A stretch of DNA of 64,000 nucleotides from Haliotis rubra (Eukaryota). Location of the stretch: positions 2,294,001 to 2,358,000 of the forward strand of contig NW_025767413.1 of the NCBI RefSeq assembly GCF_003918875.1, written 5' to 3'. Shown piece after piece: positions 38,538 through 50,013 of this stretch; position 1 is the stretch's first letter, and every line of letters starts with the position of its first letter. The notes below the pieces were generated by a model. It was given only the letters and a program-made list of their open reading frames with translations. It searched no databases and had not been told where the DNA came from. The position numbers and the translations under genes are program-made.

Positions 38538-38776
38538 ACCCGTGAAGATCCGGGTTAGAATTGATCTTTAGTAACCCATGCTTGTTGTAAGAGGCGACTA
38601 ACGGGATCGGGTGGTCAGGTTCGCTGACTTGGTTGACACATGTCATCGGTTCCCAATTGCGTAGATCGATGCTCATGATTTTGATCACTGGGTTGTCTGG
38701 TCCAGACTGGGTTATTTACAGACCGCCGCCATATAGCTGGAATATTGCTGAGCGCATCTTAAAACAACAACCAACC
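38538..38776 (+). mobile_element. Short retroposon family B, full length
   Basis: 11-bp TSD gtctgtcagtg directly abuts ACCCGTGAAG and so fixes the 5' end. Confidence 0.94.
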
Positions 38777-39593
38777 GTCTGTCAGTGGATGACAGTATGG
38801 GAGATTCTTGTATCGTTGTCAAGCAAGTATAACGATACAAGAATCTGTATCGAAATGTCGCATCATCCGTATAAAGAAGTTGTTCATCCTTAAAGGTTTG
38901 CCCTTACCTGATTCTCCAGCTTCTAAACATGCCTTTTAAAGAAGATGACAGTATGATCTGCGTCGGGCATGAAATCCCATTTCGCAATGATAATAATCCT
39001 AGGTTAGAGTTAACCATTATCCTGCTGTTGGGTTGATTGGGATGCGGGTGGGAGTCTGATCAGGTGAGTGTAAGTATAATAGGTTGTGATGTTCAAGATA
39101 ACTGCGTAAAGGTCTGCTTGTGATAGTGATGATTTGGAGATTTTACAGGCGCTTCCGACATTATCTATATTGCGCACATGGTCGGGGCTCTTTATATATA
39201 ATAGTCCTACCCTAAATGTCGGAGATGAACACGGGTAGTACGGTAACAACAAATACCACTTTTACGTCATTTGATCGAACCAGAAAGGTCTTTGATCGAC
39301 CAGGGGATCGAACCAGAGACCTCCTGTTCTCAGGACAGACAACATCCACATCACCATGGAGGCCATGGGACACACCAGGTTTTTACGGTACTATCCCACC
39401 TGTCACAGGTAAATCGTGGATTCTAAGGTAACAACATAAACCATTGTACAGGTCTTAACCAGCGAATCGAACCAGCGACCTCATGTTCTCGGGACCGACA
39501 CTTGCCCACGGAAGCCGTGTGTTGTTCGTGGCGTTCGTCAAGGTGTTAAATGTTCATTCTGTGAGTCACTTTGAACTCTCCTGAACTCACTCA

Positions 39594-39758
39594 GAGTGAG
39601 TAAGTGTATGGTTTTACGCCGTTTTTAGCAATATTCCGGCAATATCACGGCGGGGGACACCAGAAATGGGCTTTACACATTGTACCCATGTGGGGACTCG
39701 AACCCGGGTCTTCGGCGTGATAAGCCAACGTTTTAACCACTAGGTTACTCCTCCGCCA
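39594..39758 (-). mobile_element. SINE family A, full length
   Basis: High identity to 43889-44058. Confidence 0.9.
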
Positions 39759-39828
39759 CGTAACATGTGACATGGATACGTAACTCACTCACTCAGTCGA
39801 TACACTCTTCATACAGGTGTCTGTATTA

Positions 39829-40011
39829 AACGGGATCGGGTGGTCAGGCTCGCTGACTTGGTTGACACATGTCATCGGTTACCAGTTGCGCAGATCGATG
39901 CTCATGCCGTTGATCACTGGATTGTCTGGTCCAGACTCGATTATTTACAGACCGCCGCCATATAGCTTGAATATTGCTGAGTGCGGCGTAAAACTAAACT
40001 CACTCACTCAC
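39829..40011 (+). mobile_element. Family B, 5'-truncated
   Basis: TSD ctgtattaa; (cact)n tail. Confidence 0.9.
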
Positions 40012-41052
40012 TCTGTATTAATATATACTTTCATTATAGATTTGTATATAGGTAATACAATTATGCTATCATAAAATTATGATTTTATTTTTCCTTACTG
40101 AGCATAAATGATGAATGATGAACTCTCATCGGCAGACAATATAGATAATATAGCCAGTCTCAAACCCTTACCTCGAACAAATCAGTATCCTTTCTTATCA
40201 TTGCCATAATTACCACCAGACCCCAGGCCCCTCTGTCAAAGCACATAACGCACAATGGCATTACACACCCCAATAGATATTTACTGATATGACAACCCGC
40301 TGTATTGTGACTTTATGATTTAATATGAAGGACAAAGCCGTGAGGAGATTGGTTTGACAAGATTTCCCATGGACCCACTGAGCGTAAAGAGGAACAGATA
40401 TGACCGTGTATTCTTCAGGGAACAAACAGCTGTAGAATGGTTTTCGTACAATAATACCTGCGGTTTTGGGTCTGTTATGCAGCAAGTGTAACAATACAAC
40501 CAAACGAAGCACGGTGGGTTGTGTCTGTGGTGTATGTGTATAGGGGATTATTAGTTATCTATGGACTGGGACCTTGCGAAATCAAGTGTAAAGGATCAGG
40601 TTGCAGACAATACAGACAGCATTTAGGCTGGGATTTCAAGTCAGTTTGCCCTTATCCTTATTCAAACACTGTGTGCCTGCACCAAATAGGACATATTTCA
40701 AGTATTCGTAATCCGTGTTTGTACTGCAGCGGATTACAAAGTGTGTACACATACGTTCTATATGAATTCAAGTTTTGTTCAAACATGTTGACGAGCGGGA
40801 CGTTTTTCCTTTTCGCGAACACCCGGTGTCATCAATGATTTTAAGTAATCCGTTCACAAAATGATCGCTACTATTTTGCTGTTAATCCCGACTAATTGTT
40901 CTACGATAGTGACTTATATACTCGTGAAGGGATCTGGTATAAGACTCCAATATTGAAACCACCACGGTCACAAATCATTTAAGTTTTGTGATCCCCCGTC
41001 CTCACTCTCCAGCTATTATAGCCTTGAAACAACGGATTTTAGAGGTTTTACA

Positions 41053-41742
41053 ATAAGTCACTATCAGAAAACAAGTAGTTGATTTTACAGACTGTTTATT
41101 GAGAGTTCTGCAGTCTTATACCAGAACCCTTCACGAGTACATAAGTCACTATCAGAAAACAAGTAGTTGATTTTACAGACTGTTTATTGAGAGTTCTGCA
41201 GTCTTATACCAGAACCCTTCACGAGTACATAAGTCACTATCAGAAAACAAGTAGTTGATTTTACAGACTGTTTATTGAGAGTTCTGCAGTCTTATACCAG
41301 ATCCCTTCACGAATACATAAGTCACTATCAGAAAACAAGTAGTTGATTTTACAGACTGTTTATTGAGAGTTCTGCAGTCTTATACCAGATCCCTTCACGA
41401 GAAGTACATAAGTCACTATCAGAAAACAAGTAGTTGATTTTACAGACTGTTTATTGAGAGTTCTGCAGTCTTATACCAGATCCCTTCACGAATACATAAG
41501 TCACTATCAGAGAACAAGTAGTTGATTTTACAGACTGTTTATTGAGAGTTCTGCAGTCTTATACCAGAACCCTTCACGAATACATAAGTCACTATCAGAG
41601 AACAAGTAGTTGATTTTACAGACTGTTTATTGAGAGTTCTGCAGTCTTATACCAGATCCCTTCACGAATACATAAGTCACTATCAGAGAACAAGTAGTTG
41701 ATTTTACAGACTGTTTATTGAGAGTTCTGCAGTCTTATACCT
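41053..41742. repeat. Tandem repeat, 88-bp unit (~8 copies), with an inverted partial copy at 40890-40948
   Basis: Unit ataagtcactatcagaaaacaagtagttgattttacagactgtttattgagagttctgcagtcttataccagaWcccttcacgaRtac. Confidence 0.95.
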
Positions 41743-42231
41743 GATTCAAACCATATCATGGATAGGTAACCTTGAATATAGTCACACATTGTACCAATTT
41801 TCGCAGTCGTAGTCGAAATCGGACTTCCGGGCCTAGGCTTTACCACTAAAAACTCCTCCGAAAACTTCCACATCCCAAAACTTCCACAGCTTATAAACAC
41901 AACATTTCTGGTTGACTGCACACACTTCAGCATACTGCATTACCTCAGTCTGTAATGGTTTAACCCATTAATCGGTAATGAATACAAACCGTCACTTAGT
42001 AATAAATTATATATTTTATTAAGTCAGGGTTATTAACAAAAATACATGTCTTTTCTATTTACATATCAGAAGAAGAAGTTTATTCGTATTCAAGACCTCG
42101 TGTCCAAAAGTACAAAAGTGTATATACATAATTTCTTCAAAAGTCTTCAAAATACACTCGATCTGTGATATTTCGGTTCAATACTACTTACTAGAGCATT
42201 TCTGGTGACACTTGTTCATCAGTACATTGTT

Positions 42232-43022
42232 AACAAGAAGACAAAGTCACCAATATCCCTCGCAACGGCACAATACTCTTTATGAATATGTCTACTAGTT
42301 ATGATTATGTCAAATGTTTTGGAGTGTATACAGCAAAGTGGAAGGAGAGTATTGAAAGGTTTTTAAGATCTGCCCCAGAGAGGAGCACTACCGTCAAATT
42401 CAGTTGACGCCTAACTTGTTGCCATGGAAATGCAACAAGATGACATCCTCATAGTCACAGCCTAAGTCACGTTTACATGGAAACCACAAAAAATAAACTT
42501 CATATCTGGGTCTAAACCCCAAAAGGCACATCTAGGGATCATGCTTGATATGTGTACCAAGTTTGATGAAGCTAGCATGTATAGTTTAGGAGATCTGCTC
42601 CGGACAAGATGACTTCCTCATAGCCACAGCCTAAGTCACGTTTACATGGAAACCGCAAAAAAATTAAATTCGCATCTGGGTCTAACCCGCAAAAGGCACA
42701 TCTAGGGATCATGCTTGACATATGTACCAAGTTTGATGAAGCTAGCATGTATAGTTTGGGAGATCTGCTCCGGACAAGATGACATCCTCATAGTCACAGC
42801 CTAAGTCATGTTTCAATGGAAACCGCAAAAAATGAAATTCGCATCTAGGTCTAACCCCCAAAAGGCACATCTAGGGATCATGGTTGACATGTGTACCAAG
42901 TTTGGTTAAGCTATCACCAATAGTTTAGGTAATATGCTTCGGACAAAGTGTGACGGACGGACGGACGGACGGACGGAACTCGTTTCTATATTCCCCGCAA
43001 CTACGTTGTTGCGTTGGATAAA
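42232..43022 (+). mobile_element. Helentron-associated (HINE/pearl-like) non-autonomous element carrying ~173-bp tandem core repeats
   Basis: Starts AACAAGA; 3 core repeats (42436-42950); (ggac)n microsatellite; 3' hairpin cgcaac-tacgtt-gttgcg; ends in an A-run. Confidence 0.75.
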
Positions 43023-43888
43023 AAGCAGTTTTGAAACCAAAAGGCTCATTTTCTTCAGCTCGACGTGAACACGTCTTGTCTCTTTTGACGCATGCGCACC
43101 ACCCTTGTTACATATAACAGCCTATGTAGAACATCTATATGAAACTTATGTCCTATGTCCAATACTTCACCGGCACATTTGACAGTCATAACCCTGTCAC
43201 TCTATGCTGTTGTTGGAGCATTATATACCGTCACAGTGTCACTGCCGTAACATGCAGTCTTTACCTGTTCTATACATGACAGGGACACCCATATGTAAAT
43301 CTTTTGCTTATTACATATTCTTTAAACATTCTGAATTATCTGATTGACAAATTTCATTAAATCATCTTTTAAAGTAAACATAAATCTGGCTATTGTTACA
43401 AATGTCACTACCGTAACAATCAATGCCAATGTCCATACCATAACATTATCAATTTCCTTATTAAATAAAATTGATTTATGTGTTTATGCCTGGATTTGGT
43501 AGTGCAAGTATTTGCAAATCAGAATTGAAAGGAATTGTTTGGCTTGTTGGCCCCTTTTAAGCAATAAATATAAAATTTGAAAACTCATATTGTAAAACTA
43601 CATATTTTGACATACATGTACATCAAATGTACATTAAGCTTGCATAATTTATGCTTTGCATATTCAGAATTCTATGAACGTAATCAACAACATTTCAAGG
43701 TAAAACAAGAAAACAAAATTTACAATTTTTGCCTACATGAAATATGCACACACGTATATTATATATATTTCAGATTTTTTAACTAACTGCTCTCTTCTCT
43801 ACCAATATCTCTACTCTGCTAAGTCAGGTGATGTATCATTATCTGTTGTTTTCAGTTCAGTGAACTTCCTGGGCTATCCTATTACCTA

Positions 43889-44058
43889 CTGACTGACTGA
43901 CTGAGTTTGGTTTTACGCCGCTTTTAGCAATATTCCAGCAACATCACGGCGGGGGACACCAGAAATGGGCTTCACACAATGTACCCATGTGGGGAATCGA
44001 ACCCGGGTCTTCGGCGTGACGAGCCAACGCTTTAACCACTAGGCTACCCCACCGCCCC
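43889..44058 (-). mobile_element. SINE family A, full length, near-consensus
   Basis: A and B boxes intact; anticodon-like arm with GTC; 11-bp TSD cctattaccta. Confidence 0.95.
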
Positions 44059-44452
44059 CCTATTACCTAAAAAGGGGTGATGAGGAGTTGTTGTTTTCAC
44101 AGTGTGTGGTAGTATTGGGATGTGGAAGTTTTGGGATATAACCGGCTACATCTGCACCCGTAATATAAGGGAGAAAACGGTCAAGGCACTGGTCACTAAT
44201 TATTCTCGGTAAATTCGATATTCCACTTCATAATGTGTGAAAAAGGATGTAAAATGTATGTGCTTTCTATCCGCCAAATATCCAAATATACTCTTACAAA
44301 AAGTAGGGGAACTCCATTTTTTATTTACGATTGAAACAATTCGGAGATATATCAGAGTCAATCAAGGTTTCAAGGTTGATATGATAATAATGAATGTTTA
44401 GGGAGTGCATCACCACCTGCACCTCCTTATGACCTCTTGGAAGGTGATTGGT

Positions 44453-44642
44453 TAGACTAATGCTTAGTCTCTGAATATATATAATTTTGATAGTAACATA
44501 CAAGCCCATTTAAATTGAAAAGGAGCCCTAGGGAGACCAGAGATTGAGGAAATCTAGACTCGCTTTATTTAGGGCTTTAGCACTGCAGAGAGGGCTTGGC
44601 AGTAGGGAAAATAATGGGGTTCAGGGACTGTGAGACAGACTA
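44453..44642 (+). mobile_element. Repeat family D copy
   Basis: tagactaatgcttagtctctg ... cagggactgtgagacagacta. Confidence 0.82.
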
Positions 44643-45383
44643 GTGATTGGTGTATGACGTGAAATTTGCATGTGTACGATTGTGGGGAGCACCTGTGCAA
44701 AATATTGCACATATACGTGTTATACACTACAAAAAAGAAGAAAAAAGGGGTGGTGATAAAGAGAAAGTGGTGGTGTGTTCATAAGATGTCTGTCTTTGAA
44801 AAGTTTGTTAATGCTTATAGGTCCTTTCCAAATTGAAAGTTCAGGTTCCCCTACATTTTTTGAAGGGTATATTTTGACTATTTTTCACCATGAACTGATT
44901 AAGGATGTTTTATTATGCCAGGCTACTTTCGTATTGCTGACATATTGATTACGGACACAATACAGTTGTGAGAAAATATTTACTCACTTCACAATAGCAT
45001 GTAAAACGAAAAAAGGTTATGTTAATAATATGTTAAATACTTCCCTGTATCAATACAATACAATGTCATTCACAATTTGAAAGAAGCACAATTAAGGAAA
45101 ACTACCACTTTCCCCTGACAACATCAATACAGAACAATTCAGTATCACTCAATTACACATACCTCGGAAATGCACGGTGCTTTTTGGTATTTATCATATA
45201 TCATGTGTAAACATAGCATGCAGACATATATCCCATACACTAATATATAAGTTTGTCTACGTTAAAAGCCTACAGACATATTGTTTATATAGCTAGGGAT
45301 TACAACAAGAACAAACATAATAAGAATGTCATTAAAGGTGCTAAACTGTCATATAACCAGGCAGAGGTCGGTTACATCTCTCC

Positions 45384-45584
45384 TAGTGTGTCTCCCAGTC
45401 CCCGAACCGCGTTACATTCCCTACTGCCAAGTTCACCCTGTAAAGCTAAAGCCCTATATGAAGCAAGTCTAGATTTCCTCAAGTGAATCTCCCATATCAC
45501 TGGGGCTCCTTTTCAATTCAAATAGGATTATTTGTTACTACCGAAATTATATAATTAAATATTTAGAGACTAAGCGTTAGTCTA
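45384..45584 (-). mobile_element. Repeat family D copy
   Basis: tagtgtgtctcccagtcccc ... agagactaagcgttagtcta. Confidence 0.8.
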
Positions 45585-46261
45585 CATCTTGTTTGTGTAG
45601 CTACTTGTACGTTATTAGCTTCAATCATTTCTGAAACACAGCGCCTAAAAACCGGGAACAACCACTGTATTCGGATTACAAAACGTGGGGTTACGCATAT
45701 CGCCCGGTCTGTGTGTCATGAATGATAATACGGTTAACCCTTTGTGCGTTATGGAAGAGGAAGCGGCGAAACGAGCTATATAAATACAATAATTCAGCAT
45801 GATTACCTGTGATTTAAAGCATTTCAGTCATAAGACATAAAGGGTGTAAATGTTTGTGTTTCTGTAAAAGGAGGTGTTTAGTTCACCGTTAGACTGTTAA
45901 ACATAGAGGGTTAAGGACGGGGGATATGGTAGGCTGGGACAGACAACGCACTCAAGCAAAACAAGACAAAATACTGAACTCCACTGGTACAACGAGTCGT
46001 GTCAATGTAGAGCATGGGAATACGTCATGGCGTCGACGGTTTAAGGTAAGAACTTCGCATTTTCTCGTAACACAAACGCATTTGATTCTTTTATGTCCAT
46101 TTGAAACATAGTAGTTCTTGCCCGTTCTTTTCTTTCCTGGTTAAGGCACCTGTATGTATTCGTGAAGGGTTGTAACAACAGAATTAAAAAACAAAACAAT
46201 ACGTTACCACAGACGGCCAATTGGGTGTACTTTCAGAAAAAAAGTTCATAGTAAAAAATAA

Positions 46262-46367
46262 ATAATGAAAAGGAGCCCTGAGCTGTGGAAATCTAGACTT
46301 GCCACATTTTCTAGACTTGCGTGGGCTTTCTTGGATATATTTGCTTCAGGGTCTGTATGACAGACTA
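46262..46367 (+). mobile_element. Family D-related subfamily 3' part (similar remnants at ~16640-16761 and ~20370-20472)
   Basis: Shared ggaaatctagacttg and ..cagggtctgtatgacagacta end. Confidence 0.55.
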
Positions 46368-46800
46368 ACATGGAAGTCAGCAAGTTTATGATTTTGGCTT
46401 CCTTACTGATCCAGTACAGTATTCAATTTATTCATAGTTTGAATGTATGATTGTCTATTGTGGCAAAGTTATTATGGGTTTTCGCCATACGTTAACATGT
46501 ATACATGTATATGTGTAGCTGTTATACATGGTGCAGCTTCATGTACGGTATATGTAGAGAGTGTTCTTTACAAAGCAGTGTAGTTATGTAACTTGAATGC
46601 GACATGCACATGTGTGTAAGTGTGCGGCTTACAGGGTTTTGTACACTTTGTGCATTAAGTACCATCTTGTCTTCTCTTGAAGTACACTTGTTTAAAGTGT
46701 ACACGCATCATAACTAAGACAAAGACAAGACAAAAATTCATCAGGTAAAAAACAATGGATTATGGTTATGATCATTATGCATGCATACACATAGCGAGTA

Positions 46801-47157
46801 GGTGAGGTGAGGTGAAATTGGGTTTTACGTCGTGCTTGAGAATATTTCGCTCATATGACGACGTGCATGTGCGTGTATGTGTATGTGCGGCTGCTTGTAC
46901 TAGCCCAGACTTAAGCTGTTTTTATAGTGCTAGCCCACTGAGATACCATGCCGCAGTGAAGCATGAATATCCCACTCAGACACATTATACTGACTCCGAG
47001 CCGACCAGTCCTTGCTGTACCCATTAATGCCGAGTGCCAGGCAGGGACCAACAAGTACCATATTTTAATGTCTTTTGGTATGACGCGGTCGGGGATCGAA
47101 CCCGCTACCTTCCGCTCTCCGGGCGGACGCTCTAACCACTACACCACGGAGGCGGTC
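46801..47157 (-). mobile_element. SINE family C (V-SINE/RUDI-like), full length
   Basis: A box TGGTGTAGTGG, B box GGTTCGATCC, V-like domain, (cacct)n tail, TSD acaYagcgagta. Confidence 0.9.
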
Positions 47158-47603
47158 ACACAGCGAGTAATTAATGTTGACTGATTACAGCCCATGAATG
47201 AGGCTGTTCAACTTAGATATTTAGTTAATTATTCTCTATCTTTAAATGTATATATTCATGATATAATAATAAATACTCTTAGCGATACTGAATGATTCAA
47301 TACTGCTTATTACAACAGATGAATCACCATAAACATATTTGTATTAACACTGATATGATTTGATAGATAGTGTTCACGAATAGCTTGATACTGCGAGCAA
47401 AGGCGTAAAGGCAAATTAGTGATGAACTGTATAACTGATTACTATGAAGTGATGACACCAGGTGTTGGCAAAAAGGGTAAGCGTGCAATATCACAATAAG
47501 GATGACATTTACAATGACTGTCCCCAACGCGCACACTCAACACGGAGTTCCTCTGAGGTGAATGTTCTATGATGCCTCGACAAGTTGTATTTTGTGATGG
47601 CCT

Positions 47604-47828
47604 GATGTTTGTTTTGTTTGTTGTTTAACGCCGCACTCAACAATAGTCTAGCTGCATCACGGCGATCTGTAAAACCAGTCAATCCAGTGATCAACATCAA
47701 GAGCACCGATCTACGAAATTTGAATACGATGACATAAGTCAGCGAGTCTGACCACTAGATCCCGTTACTCACCTCTTACGACAAGCATTGGTTGCTGAAG
47801 TCCAATTCTAACCCGGATCTTCACGGGT
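47604..47828 (-). mobile_element. Family B, full length, diverged
   Basis: Ends gatcttcacgggt; TSD gtgatg(g)cctga. Confidence 0.85.
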
Positions 47829-48088
47829 CAGTGATGCCTGAACCTAAATAACATAATATTGCAACAACTGGCGACCTTGGCAAATCAAGTTCATAGTTTT
47901 AAGATATACTTATATGTTCAACGGGTCTCTGTTATACCATGAAGATTGGCAGTTCTGTCGACGGTAGGATCCCATTGGAAGTACAGTAGATATTACACTG
48001 CTAGCCAACACCAGCTCATCACTAACATAGCCCCGTTCGTTCAGGTGCTATTATACACCGTGAAAGAAAGTAAAGTAACACTGTCATT

Positions 48089-48316
48089 NNNNNNNNNNNN
48101 NNNNNNNNNNNNNNNNNNNNNNNNNNNNNNNNNNNNNNNNNNNNNNNNNNNNNNNNNNNNNNNNNNNNNNNNNNNNNNNNNNNNNNNNNNNNNNNNNNNN
48201 NNNNNNNNNNNNNNNNNNNNNNNNNNNNNNNNNNNNNNNNNNNNNNNNNNNNNNNNNNNNNNNNNNNNNNNNNNNNNNNNNNNNNNNNNNNNNNNNNNNN
48301 NNNNNNNNNNNNNNNN
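48089..48316. other. Assembly gap (228 N), followed by a (CA)n microsatellite to ~48455
   Basis: Run of N in the sequence. Confidence 1.
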
Positions 48317-50013
48317 GCGCACACACACACAGCGCGCCCACTGTCACATTGATATTGTTTGTTTGTTGATACCCTATGTTTCAGCATGCCCCCCCCCCCA
48401 CACACACAGACACACACACAGACACACACACACATATATATACTGACACAACACAACAACCAATTATTTCATTATCCATTTCACACATTTCTTCATTAGG
48501 CTCATATATTCACAATAGCACCCGCCCACATATCTATATGCATCATAACCGAGAGGAACTCAAGATACTAGAGGTTCTTGCAGATAGTGATAAGGTTTAT
48601 GTGTGTGAAAATATCACCTCGACCATTCCCACTGTAGGCTGTGAGTGCCACGGCTGGCCACCCATGTAAGCCAGGTGCTCCTTGAAGTAGGGGGCAATCC
48701 ACCAGGAGTTAAATACAACTACAAATTAACTACTTCGCTTTGTTTGCAATTTTAAACACATCTACTTGTCACCATTGTGAGACTAGGTTCCATGAAGTAG
48801 TTCCATCTCCAGCTTCAGCTTGATAATAACAAACGTACATTAAACCAACAGAAGATATAATTATCTCCATTGAAAGTATGTGACACTGAATATATGCTTT
48901 AGTGATCAGTGTACACATAAACATCATTGCAAACACAACCATATTCACATGTTATCGTGTATTCCTGATCGAATAATCGATAGTGCAAGATATGCGAGAT
49001 TCTATTTGTACGTAAATATGGAACCACACATTGAAGTGAAGGTATGTAACATGTAATACTCAGTACATGAATTAAAATGATTATCATTATAATATCTTGC
49101 ATATTTCAAGGCTCATCTGCCCACAGCTTTGTTTGTTAATGCCTCACTCAGCAATATTCCAGGTACATGACGTCAGTCTGTAAATATTGGAGTTAGAATC
49201 TAACAATCTAGTGATTGACATAATGAGCATCAAGCCACTGACGCTATTATGTGTTTCGGACTCATACAGAGGTATAATTATTCTTCAGAAATGAAGAAAC
49301 ACCATTGCCTTTGTGTAAACGTACGAAGTTACAATCCCAAAGTGTTTAGATCTGTCATTTTACAAAAGTTAGGGTGAAAATTGTTAGAACAATTACACGC
49401 GTGCACAGTGGTAAATTTAATGCCAATATTACTACAGCAGACATTTTTCCAGTCAATTTTAAGGTATTAGCAGTTAAATCCCACAGCTTTCGCTTGCGTT
49501 TTGAAGCGTGACTTAACTCGTTACACCCTGTGTAGGACATATTGACACTCCAGCAATGTAGAGGCCAGCGACAACAAAGCCAGTTGACACAGCGACTTGC
49601 ATGAGCCCTTGTAAATCATTTTCGTTTCCGCGTTCCCTTGCTGACTCACAAATTGTAACATACAGTTTGGTCTTTGTTAAAGGGAAGTCAACCTGGTCTT
49701 TCACGTTTACTATCCCAGGCGGTTTAGCCGAACATGTTCCGCCGACTCCTTGACCTTGTCTCCATCAGGTGAACGTATGAACAATACAGTCAACAATCAA
49801 ATGCTTTTTTTGTGACGTGTCTGGTAATATATACTCCTGAGGTCATAACTTTAGCAAGAGTGAAATCGCAAGGAGGTATCCTGCAGAGGACATTAGGTTA
49901 ATCTGGATCCGAACACTGCACTTGCTCGGACGTGTTTGGTTCTGCATTGTCGTCCTCGCCTTGAGGAGGCACGGCATGTTAAATGTGAGCTAAATAAGCT
50001 CCGGTATCCTCCT

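Noticed and set aside
38940-39240. Possible decayed LINE endonuclease fragment (PTRIP, ADH-like motifs on the minus strand)
   Set aside because: Motifs are too weak and lie in different frames; not supportable without a profile search.
43985-44058. tRNA-Asp(GTC) gene
   Set aside because: No proper acceptor stem; it continues into a SINE body and tail with TSDs, so it is a SINE head.
47946-48459. ORFs spanning X runs
   Set aside because: Artefact of the N gap.
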